A stretch of 63,673 nt of DNA, counting the filler, from Phoronis australis (Eukaryota; Animalia; Phoronida): the NCBI GenBank assembly GCA_002633005.1. It is 3 parts of 3 records of this genome, joined end to end, with 100 filler letters (N's around TTAATTAATTAA, not from the genome) between each part and the next. Parts side by side here need not be neighbours in the genome. Positions count along the whole stretch, not along the records: positions 29,753 to 58,194 come from NMRA01000080.1; 2 more parts are not named here. The stretch is one strand, 5' to 3'. The translations under genes were made by a program, and so were the position numbers. The notes under the pieces are model-generated. The model did no database searches and had not been told where the DNA came from. It saw only the letters and a list, made by a program, of their open reading frames with translations. Below are positions 39,795-51,300 of the stretch, in pieces (positions within the stretch are counted from its first letter, which is position 1; every line of letters starts with the position of its first letter).

Positions 39795-42700
39795 GTACTA
39801 GTCCACGAGAGCACCAGCCATGAGCGGCAAGGTGGGGGTCAGCCGATTTTCACCAAATTTGGCACATAGGTAGTCCTATGGGATCTATAAACAGCGGTAA
39901 AATATTTCTTGAAAATATTGCGTTTTTCTAAAGTTATAGGCTCAAACACATTTTACGGCTTCGCAGCCATGTTTTCACGGTATAAAAACTGTCCAGGTTT
40001 AACTGTTCATATTTTTCCTTGAATGAAAGCTATTGATTTATTATTCACTTGGCATTGTTTAGTGGTGCCTGTAGATTGTTACACAGATGTCTTGAAACAC
40101 GATTCCGATTTACCACCCTCATTTAGTAGTTTTACTACACTGCCCCCCGTTATGCCATTTTGAGGTTGTGTTCAGTACACTGCTGTACCAAATCTGCCCC
40201 CACTGTTATGAGAATGAAACTTAGCCAAAATGTTGACAAAACATGTTACTTTCATTTCATAAAATAAAAACTTTGTCAGCCAGTTTATTAGTTATATATT
40301 TTGGCACCTCAAATGTACTAAAATGAGAAATTTTCATATATCTGAGATCGATGCGTGAGCACCGTAAAATCCGATTGTCCTTTATGTTTTTCGATATTTT
40401 GCAACAAGTTAGTTCCTCCTGAATGTTTTGAACGTTTTACTACTGATCACTTAGGGCTATAGTACCCCTAAATACCATACATGGCTCCATTTTGTAAAAA
40501 GCCGATTATGTCCTCCACAGTGAACAGGGTTAGACATGAACTCGACAAATGTAGGTTATTTTGATTTACAGTTGTTTTACTTTGCAATTTCCTCATGGGT
40601 ATTTCTTCACACATATTCAAGTCAGATTTTCTGTTGATCAAATGTTCATGCAATGCATTGTAATATCAAATAAAGGATAAGTTTTGTTGCATGACCGCAA
40701 TTTTTCCCACGACTTAAAACAAAAGACCGCAGAAATTTTCCTGACGAAATACCGGGTTTGCAGTTCTGTAAAAACATTCGAATGACAAGACAAACTCCAC
40801 CACTGTCCATGGCAACTCGTCGCATGTTTTTCGCCCATCGGTCCTATCATTGTTTTCCTTTGTTGTGTCATTGTTGGATGTAACAACACAGGTCGCATGG
40901 ATATAGAACCTTGCGTACATCAGACCGTTGCCGATAAGTGCTCGTCATTATATCTTTATTATAACAACGGAAACAATGAAGATGCTAATCTATTGTTCTC
41001 TATGCGACCAGGTTTCCCGTGGATGACCACAGAAGAGGAATCCCAAAGTATCCACAAACAATGACCACGCACCTTAGTAACTATTACCGCGCACACGAAT
41101 CCTTTCCGTGGAACCTAAACACCAAATTTTTATATCCGTGTATTGTGTTGTATTGCTCATGGTACGGGTTCAGACTCTGTTGTATTAAGATTCCAATCCC
41201 CAACCCTGTAATATGTAGTTTGAGTAAAATTTCTAGACAATGCAGGTTTATGGATTTATTCTCCTTCAAATGAAGAGTAAAAATCAAATTCTGCACAGGT
41301 TTTTTAAAAGTAATGACTTATTGGAAGATCACACATCTAAAAAATAAAACAATGTTTGACAATTTTATTCATTATCTTATTTGAAAATTGCCTACCTCAC
41401 AGACAACTCATCTAAGTTGAAAATATTCCTTGTGAAAAAATATAAAATACCAACCAGAGACTTGTGTACTACAAAATATGTTTTCGTAATACAATGCAAA
41501 GATAACTGTACAGTCAAAAGTGCAAATGTTATGACTCTAATAAAAAATTGCCTTCTAGATCTTTTCAACACTCTAATTGCTACAGGACAGAGTCAACCAC
41601 ACAAAGCTCATAAAGTCAGGGAATTACATTTAAGGTGATGTAGTCTCACTGCGAAAAAGTGATTTCGCAATATCGCTGACAACACTGGAAATCTCTTCTT
41701 CACAAACTTGAGGTAGCTGTATTTACCACATCAATGTTCTTATCAAAACTAACCACCACAAAATGAAAAATTGGCTTGTCGGTTCCAATTAGGCAGCATT
41801 TTACAATGAAATGGTCATGAAAAAATACTTTTGCAACATGGTTTGCATTACAATTGCCCTACGATTACAGTTGTACATACATACTAGACCAGTAACAAAA
41901 TTACCCATGGGAACCATAAAATGGTCAATTCGCCAAAAAAACAAGGAGCCACCAGAGCTAATGTGCCAATACTTTTCAGTACTGCAACAAAAATCATTTG
42001 AAGTGGACATAAGCTCGCCCAAAATCACATAAAACAACTTTTGATTAAGACATTTTACCATCACGAAATAGGTATTACTTCCAGGTCACTTTGAGCAATT
42101 TCAGAACTTTGAAAGATCTGGCAATATGCAATTGCTAGAGACCAGACTAATAGTGTGTGATTTTATACACACAGCATGGTCTCAAGGAATAGCAAACTGT
42201 CAATTCGCTACAATTCCAGAAATCACTTCCCATCTGGATAAGGAACAAACTGAGCAAAGTTTATAGAGGTAAATGGTCTAAATCAAAACTTATTACCTCC
42301 TTGACAGAATATGGGTTTACAACCCAGGCAGAAAGATAAGTTAACAAAACCAGCCTAACTGCAACAGGGTCTCAAATTTCAGTAATATATACCCATTTAC
42401 AAACAAAAATCTATAATGGTAAATAAAATGCGGAAACATAAATTCAGATCAATTACGCATCTTCAAGGAAAAGGAATAGTACAGTGGTCAGAAATCATCT
42501 AAATGTGATGGCGACACTGAGAAATCCTGTCAGACCAAAAAATCCAGTGGCTAAACAAAATGAACAATGTATCATTACCATGTGGCCCAGGATCATAATC
42601 CGTGCCTGGACAAAAATTCAGTCTTAGACTAGGTAAATTTTAGATTTGTGCTGTTCACACAAGCAGTTCTGGTGCAAACAAAGCTTGCGACAACACACAA

Positions 42701-44808
42701 GCCTACTTCCCTACACAGCTGTGCTGATACAATAATGCCCCCACTGGATTTAGCAGATCAGCCAGAGTATTTACAGGTCCAGCCACTGTACTGTTTCCTC
42801 CCTTTGAATTTTTACAATGCTACATCCTTGACAATCGCAGATTGCCTCTTTCTATGCATACTCCACTTCCTCTGTCCCAGTTTCCCCACATTTGCTGAAA
42901 GTGGCCTATCTCAACAAATTACTTTGGACCTGTTGTGGTATAAGCCAGTAATCTTTGGCAAATACTTTTTCCCCAACTCGTTCCTCAAGCTACAAATTCT
43001 CTTTGACATATCTTCTGGGAGTAGACTTTTCGGCCTCTCTCTAGCCCCCTCACTTAGTTGTCCAGAAGGGTACCTTCTTGCTGGTTGTGAACTTTTCCAT
43101 ACCCAACCTTTACTAATAATCGGCAAGTCTCCAACTTCAGCAGAAGCCACTTCTTCAGCATAAGCCTTTCCTGATTCCTAAAATTGTATTAATGAAAAAT
43201 TAAACATATTAAATTTAATGTGGCCATTTCGGCTCACAAAATATGAATACCAAGCTAAAGTGAAGGCACCAATATTTTTTACGGCTTTAGCATGTTTAAT
43301 TAACTTCATAATCGCAGAAAATCATTGGTAGACAAAACATACTCCCTAGTCTCTAAAAGTAGTTCATGGGCAGAAGTCATGTTACACATTTGGTGGTTGT
43401 TATGAAAAGTTATGATGACTACCTATTTTCTATGCCAATGTATACATGTAGTTGCATAAACATCAACACATTTGAATAAGATATGATTAAGCAATAAGGC
43501 CCAAGTTATAAGCAATCACGGTGTGTCAATAAAAGTATTTTTGCATGAATGACGTGCTTCTAAAAATATTCCTCAGGGTCAGACCCTGGAGTTTAGTGAT
43601 TCCTACCTGAGCTCACACGAACAGGACGTTGAACCTTGACTTAACGTCTTTGGTCATTTTTCAGACCTCTATCAGATTTCTCCTCTAGTGTGCAGTGGAT
43701 GTTCTAAGTGTCTTTGGCGACGCCTCGAGTGTTGTAACGATGATTCGGGCAAGTGAACCTAATACGGTAGATTATGTAGCTCCTGCTGCACACAGTGCCT
43801 CCGAGGCAGACACTGAGACAGACTACTCAGGAGGACACGTTCCACCTCCACATCAGCTCCACGTACTCTTATAAGGTGCTCAAATGTCTCGCTCTATACC
43901 TTGTGCATTTCCCTAGAGTTTCCAAAGTTGTTTCTCTCCGCAATTTGTAGAAATACCACATTCGATGCGACTGGCAGTGCCAGATAAATAGATAAATTCG
44001 CAAACCCGCACTTTAGGTCAGCCATCATTCAACTAACGCATTGTAAGCTTTAGTTTGGTATTCAGACGAATTGGATGAACAAATTTAGTATAATTTCATT
44101 ATTTATTGGGAAATGCTAGTGTCCTTAAAATTAATTAAAAACATTTAAGCAAACCAATTGTTTTAATTGTTGTTTTATACCACGGCATATTAATGCGTAG
44201 AAACGGCGCACAACTAGTGACTGGTTTAACATGACAAATACACATACGCGGTCTGAAAATAGTGAAATTCAGACACCTATTACCAAGCCTGCCTGAAGGG
44301 CTGACAAAGTTTTTATTGTATTAATTTCAAGGGCATGGAGTCTTCTACATGTCCATGTTATTATTTTTAGTTTTCTCGTGGGGGCAGCTTCGCTATAAGG
44401 GTACAGCTTACTGCTGGTTTTTCACAAGACGGAAACGTACCTCCACGGAAACAGTTCCAGTGTTACCATGGTAACCGATATTGCAGTGTCGGTGCCGTTT
44501 TTACTGACATTGGTCATGAACCTATCATGTGATATCAAAATTGTTCAGAAACGATTCTGTTTGAAGCAGAAACTGGAGTAGAAAATTTGGTCAAAAATGA
44601 CTCATTCCACACCAAGAAATTGCCTCATTTTGCCCCCAAGAACACTTCCCTTGTATCTCCTAAACCACCAAACTTTGTGGTGTCATACTTCACCCATTTT
44701 CTCTCATCCCTAATGTGATTTATCAGACTAAACACGGATCTGAATGGTTGACCCCCCACCTTGCCGCTTGTTGGCTGTACTGTGGTCGGTGGATCCGTGG
44801 ACTGATAC
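39795..44808. mobile_element. 5.0-kb TTAA-flanked DNA transposon with decayed coding remnant (possibly Sola3-like) in the intron of the MACPF-GTPase gene
   Basis: TTAA at 39791-39794 and 44809-44812. Imperfect TIRs GTACTAGTCCACG..GCGGCAAGGTGGGGG versus GTATCAGTCCACG..GCGGCAAGGTGGGGG. Minus-strand remnant at ~42900-43180 (KGWVWKSSQPARRY..PEDMSKRI.SLRNELGKK, shifted frame FAKDYWLIPQQV) resembles a transposase C-terminus. Confidence 0.7.
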
Positions 44809-45310
44809 TTAAGTGTAAACCTATGCTATTATATAATATCAAACCGTGTCAGAATAAATATTGATTAAGTAATTAGTAAGAATAGATCCATTTTAAGTTG
44901 CCCAAAATTTGTGAACATGCACTTTCAAATCATGGGATCAAACTTGTTGACATGTATTTCAACGTCAAAATCTATTTTTATATGGTGTTCACTACATTGG
45001 TTTTGGGGTCAAAGGACTCTAGATATTCTAGAATTTCTCAGAGCAAATCGTAACAGCCAATGACATGATTATATAAGATCATGTGTTTTTTATTAGCCAA
45101 TCACTAATTAAGTAGATTATCATAATATTGTCTGAAATCAAGGTATTCAGGTGAGCTATGGTAGTTGAAGCTAAAGTACTTGCTACAGTGTACAGAGGAA
45201 ATTGTACAACAGAGGCATTTCGTGGAAGATTCTAAAGAGAATCTGGGCAAGTGCAAGGGTTAACGAACAGGAAATTAACCAAGAGCTTGTCACTTACATC
45301 ATGGGTAGTA

Positions 45311-45483
45311 AGGTACTGCCTACACGTGTTGCTTCACGAGGGACTGAGACCAGCGAGAGGAATCGTGAGTAGAAGATACTGCCTGCAAGTGTTGCGTCAC
45401 GATAGACGGTGACCAGCAAGAGGAATCGTAGGCAGAAGGTACTGCCTGCAAGTGTTGTGTCATCAGAGACTGTGACCAGCAAG
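45311..45483. repeat. ~63-bp tandem repeat, ~2.7 copies
   Basis: TACTGCCT..GTGTTG..GACCAGC recurs at ~45313, 45377 and 45440. Confidence 0.8.
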
Positions 45484-46564
45484 TACACTGTCGCAGTACA
45501 GTGTTTGTTGTTCGAAAATTCACCATTATTAATGTCATCCAAGAAGTGGAGAGTACTACAGCTTGGATAGCAGATAAGATATTCGATTATTTTGGTTGAT
45601 TGTTTGAAGTAAGTTCTACAGAGAGCGTTAGCGTAGTTGCTCTCTTTGGAATGGGTTACTTAATTAACAACAAGTTTCACTTGTTTAATCAGTGGTTTTC
45701 ATATAATAAATTAATTGCTGGATTTAATCATTCTGTCTCCATCCACGCACGACCTCAAAGCATAGCTACCTTTTAAACAAACACACAGTCACTTTTTAAT
45801 AAACTCCTAAAATACTCTGGCCAAGCAAAAAAATCTCGTGGAAGATTCTAAAACTCGTGGTTTCTCGTGTGAGTCAGAGGACCCTAATTGATTCGTGCCA
45901 GCTGCATTTACACAGTGTTCTCAGAAACCGTGTCAACACGCAACTTAATTCCGGACAGTTAGTTGTTGCTCTCACGCTCATATTTACAAAGACGTGAAAG
46001 TGAATGTGAATTAAAATTTGCCGAAATGCTTTGGGAATTTAAATTCTTCTGCAATGACTTCGCCGTTCGTGTCGTGTCCACCGCACATGGTTTTGCATTC
46101 AAAATCATGTTGTTTATGTACATGGCGTATTGTGTTATTCATTGTTGTTTCGGCCAAGCGGTCAGCAGTTGTGTTGTTCTTGTTCTTCTTCTCGTTCGTC
46201 AATTGGTCAAATCTGTTTTGACATTGACCATCATGATGACGTATGTGCGTTGTACTGTCGTTACGCGCCACAGGGGCCCAGTGTACCAGTCTTCGGCTTT
46301 GGTTTTTTTATCCGAATTTCCCTCTCATAGAGAATCTGCTGTCCGTTGCTTAAAGTAGCATCTTCTGCTCCTGGCTTTAAATCAGAGTTTTCCTTCTCCT
46401 AGACAACCTGCCTGCCAAGGCTAACGAGTTCTTTCTACCCGTCTTGTTCAAATCCATTGGTTCTTAGCTTTTGACTTAACCTGTGCCTTATCACCTAGAT
46501 TGTATCCGTGCATTAACACTATATTATATTGACTTACAGAACCTACAACATCCACTGTCAATAA

Positions 46565-47100
46565 ATACAGATTATTACATGGCGAAGTCGTTATCCCCCG
46601 TTATCTAGCGCCCGAATTAGATTTTGGAGAATTATCGTCCGAGGGGCGTTAGCCACGAGGATGATAATTCTCCAAAATCCACGAGGGGTCTAGATAAGGG
46701 GGATAACGACTGAGAACATGCAATAATCTATTTATACCATATACAGAACGAGAAACATTACAATGAATCGATCTACATTTCTCGACTCGCCTTGGCTTTG
46801 TAACTACTTTCTATGTCAGAGGCCCGGGGGCGGAGGTCGTGACCTTTTAAGAAAAGCCGAGCTATTTTTGTCAAATAATGCTTATACTTAAAACCAATTG
46901 AAAAATTTAAACAAAATAGAAATAAAGTGAATCTATAAATTAAGGTTTAGCAACTGTTATAGCTTACTACACATTTTATCCCTTAAGCTTCGACCGGGAA
47001 AATATCGTCAGCTAAAGTAGGTTATCAATAGTAACTGAGTATAATGCTCATGTCAAAGGATCCCGACGACACGATACCCGCATTCAAATTGGAGATCGGT
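46565..47100 (+). mobile_element. Second, shorter copy of the Crypton-like 5' end
   Basis: Same hairpin (AGATTATTACATGGCGAAG.CGTTATCCCCCG..GGGGATAACGACTGAGAACATG.AATAATCT) and downstream sequence as 33757-34260, ending shortly after the start codon region. Confidence 0.75.
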
Positions 47101-47276
47101 AATTTACATGTGAGAGAATACGAGAGGAAAATTTCACTGAATTAAAATATCATTTTTATGGAAATTATGCGTTTTATTTTTCATAGCGTATAAATGTCGG
47201 TGCAATGCCTTTTGCAGAGCATGCGATTGTTGCGCGTGCTCATGTAAGTATTCTATTTTCACGTTCGATGACGTCA

Positions 47277-47357
47277 GCCGCTGAATAGTGTAGTGGTAAA
47301 GTCGACGAATGGAAACGCTTGAGGCCCGGGTTCGAATCCGGCCTCGGTATCCCGCCA
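47277..47357 (+). repeat. tRNA-derived sequence (pseudo-tRNA or SINE head)
   Basis: Pol III A-box TAGTGTAGTGG (~47286) and B-box GGTTCGAATCC (~47329) at tRNA spacing. The anticodon stem does not pair convincingly. Confidence 0.55.
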
Positions 47358-48338
47358 AAATGTTATCTCACTAGTGAGATAACTTTATGAGTAATACACG
47401 GTTGTATCTGCAATTCGAGGCTAATATCGTGGTATATAACACAATTTATCTCTAGTTCTACCATGTAGTATGCAGGTTGAAGTTCTGTTGTTTTGAGGTG
47501 GTGCGAAGAAATTGCTATTATATATACAGTGTTAAGTTCTGTGTGTAAAGAAAGCAATGCTAATTTATATGAAGTATGAAGTTTAATTGTATTGAGGGGG
47601 TGGAAAGAACGGTGTGCAAGTTATATGTGATGTGAAGGTCAGTGGTATCGAGGTAGTCCAAAAACTGATACTAATTGATATGCAGTTTGAAGTTCAGCGG
47701 ATTGACGTGCCCCTATGGGTCGTTCTTGGTCGATAAACATCAATTTGTAAAATTTACTGAATCACCATTCTACATGTTACATTACGTTTTGTAGCCAACC
47801 ATTACCAAGTCATAGACATAAAACGTTGCCATAATACTTCCCTGTGATCACATAGAATTGGACAGAACTGCAAAAGGTCACTTCGTTTCATCGACATTGC
47901 TTTCTGATAGTGCAGTTGATGTAATTTAGAAATTTTACGGGTTTTTGCTCTAGTCGGTCGATAACCTAATGTGAGGTGTGTGTTCATCATAGGAACCAAA
48001 ATGTTTTTTGGGGCTTTAAAACACTACCCAGTTCATTGAATTTCTTTCTTGAATTATTACTGGATAAGCCTGCAACTCGAGTCCGATGAAGGCCTACATG
48101 TGCCAGTTTCGCAACTTTTTGGCGAACCACAATCAACTTAAAAGCGTTTTCTTAAGTCACTCAGAATTTTTGGTAATGGAAATTGATTTCTATCACGGTA
48201 AGGAATACAGGCAGGCCGACTTGATCAGCTTAATTCATTTTTCGTGTTTGACGTCTAAGTATTGAGTGCTCGCAGTTTTAAATTATGGCGTATACAGTAC
48301 GCAAACATACCAAGGTCGTTCTTACTTTTGTTTTCCAG

Positions 48339-51300
48339 AATCGGTCTATCTTGAAAGTCAGTGCAAGTGGTCTGACTTTTGAGTCAGACATTGATGAGAC
48401 ATCCACCACCCTTGTTCAATCTGGCAGCTTTGTTGACAAGTTGGACGCGTTCGAGGTCGAACCGGAGCTTCAGTTGAGCGTCATGTCTGGTATGGTTAAC
48501 CTTGACGATTCGTGGGAGTTGCCTTGGCAAGGGGAAATAGAAGTTAGCAGTCCCAATAGCCAATTGATTTGCATTGTTAAAACTGTAAGTGATAAAATAA
48601 ATATGAAGCAAAATAAGCAACAGATAGATACTGATATTTTGTCTGCTGAGACAGAGGCCACACATGTTGTTGTAGGAATTGATTGGGGTGCAGTTTGCTC
48701 TATAACTTGTTCCCATGCTGTTTTTTCCAATACAAGCATGGAAAACTCTGGCGAAAAGTTAGGGGAGGTGATGGAAAAGATGAAAAAAGCTATTGCTACC
48801 GATGGTACCTGCGAGAAGAGTACTTCCATTGCAACGTCGTACACCTTCACTTTCAAATGCCATTCCAAGCTTTCGCCACCAGCACAGGAATTGAAAGCTT
48901 CTTATGAAAATATTTTGGCGCGCGCACGAAGCATGCTTGAATTTGTAAAAGAATCAGATAATGAAAAGGGTGTACCCCTAGTGTATGCACTTACGCCCCT
49001 TGAAAGCGTGTCTAAACTACTCAAGCTAAAGATCCCATTGCAGACACTGTTCAACTCTCTGGAAGAGGACATCATTAGAAAGACTGTCTGTACCGCCCAA
49101 AAACTCACCAATATGAAAATAAAGATGCAAAACATACAAAGAAAATTGCATGCTTCTGAGAATTATTGTACAGCACAAACACTTTCACAGGTAGACGGGT
49201 ACGCGAAGAAAATTTCTGAAGATGTTGACTCTTTCACAGCGCAGGTTAGGCTTGCAGTCACAAAGATTCAAAGAGAAAAAGAAGACACAAAGAGACTCGA
49301 AGTTCTTGAGGAAGATTGGGCAAAATACTGCCAAGAAGAGAACCGCGCCGCGGAATTTGAAGCCAGAGTGCAAATGCTTGAAAAGACAAACTTGTGGGAG
49401 CAGAAGGGGATTCGTTACATTGGGAGAAAGGAGCAGCTCGATGTTAAAATTGCCCAAAAGGTTTACGTTTTCTACGTATCTGGGGCGTTGGCGAACACTA
49501 AGATCGGGCATTTCCTTGGGAAATATCACACGTCATACTCTGATCACGATGACACAGCATTTGTTGTAGTTGACAAGTCTTTGAGACCAGACCTTTGGAA
49601 TGGTGAAGAATGCATTAAAGTGTATACGAATGGCTGTTGTACATGTGAAGACCTTTACAAGCAAGAAGGGGAAAATGCTGAATCAAATTTTGTTCTTATT
49701 AAACAGAAGCAAGAAGTCAAAGAGTCAACCCGAAAACGTGCTCAGCTAACGATTTGTTGTCCAGGCTCGATTTCTTGCAAATGTCCTAAAAAAAGAGTTA
49801 TGTGGAAGTGCTTTGATTGCAAATTGCCGATTGAATATGGCCTGGAAACTGGTATGTGTTATTGTAAATGTGGTTCTTTTAAGATCTCAGACACACAGTT
49901 TCGCTGCACCTCCGTCGAGCACGGGATGTCTTTCATTGATTATCCAAAGGCTTTGCTCCAAACCGAGTTGTCACATATGAAACTATTTCTTGAGAAAAAT
50001 ATACTCATCTTGGGCGAGACCGGAGTTGGAAAATCTACTTGGATCAACGGGGTGTACAATTATCTTAGATTTCCTACTCTTCAAGATGCCAAAGACACCA
50101 CACAACCGATTGCTTTGATACCGGCCGGGTTTGAAATTACCACCAAAGATGGCAAACGTTATGATATTAAAATTGGAAAAGAAACTGCGGGAGAAGAAAA
50201 ACTGGAGACGGGATGCTCCGCCACTCAATCCACGAAATCGTATTCATTCCACGGGGCAGGCTGCAGAATCCGTCTGATTGACACACCGGGTATTGGCGAC
50301 TCTCGTGGATTGGAACAGGATGACAAGAACTTTGACAACATTCTCCAATTCCTGTCTTCTTTTGACGAAATCCATGCAATTTGTATACTTCTGAAACCAA
50401 ATTGCTCAAGACTTACTGCCATGTTTCGCTTCTGTGTCTTGGAGCTTCTTGCTCAATTGCACTCATCTGCAGTACACAACATACTGTTCTGCTTTACAAA
50501 TGCAAGAGGAACGTTTTATCAACCCGGTGACACACTTGGTCCTTTGAACAAGATGCTTAAAGACAAGGGCATAAAGCTACAGGCAGATAAGGAGAATACC
50601 TTTTGCTTTGACAACGAAGCTTTCAGATTTTTGGCATGCCTTCAGAATGGTGTTCAATTCACTAAAGAGGAAGAAGAGCTGTATGCAAAGAGCTGGGAGC
50701 AGTCTGTTGACGTCACGAGCAACATGTTTGATCACATAACTAAGCTGCCTGCTCACTATGTGCGCAATACCATTAGTATGAACGAAGCACGCAGGATCAC
50801 TCTTGCACTGAGCAAACCAATGGCGGAGGTGGCGGCTAGGATACACGAAAATGAACAGATGGCAAATAAGCAGAAAAATGACATCAAAGAAAACAAGATT
50901 CATATGAATGAACTAAGAGAAGGTTTGAGATGCACAGTGTATGAACTTGAGCGTGAAAACCTTTCGCACGGAATGACAGTGTGCACGCACAACAAATGCG
51001 TTGACGAAGTTGAAGTTGGAAAACAAAAATCAAAAATGACTGTGTTCAAGACGGCATGTCACGATCCATGTGATTGCTTTCTTTGGGGGGCAGCACCAAG
51101 TACACGATATACTGCCACAACTGGATGGTGCAAATGCACTCGGTATAAGTACGTCATGAGTCAACCGTGCACCAACTGCGGACATGACTACGACAGCCAC
51201 ATGTATGTAGACTATAGGTTAAAACAGGTGGAAAGGGAGTTGATTGATGAAGATGTTGTACAGCAAATTCTGCAGAAGTCCACAGAAAAAGAACAACAAG

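Noticed and set aside
47277-47357. Functional tRNA gene
   Set aside because: A and B boxes are present but the acceptor and anticodon stems do not fold convincingly; kept only as a tRNA-derived repeat.
48285-48338. ATG start of the 1186-aa ORF
   Set aside because: These codons overlap a polypyrimidine tract and AG acceptor. The family-typical N-terminus is supplied by the exon at 38273-38359.
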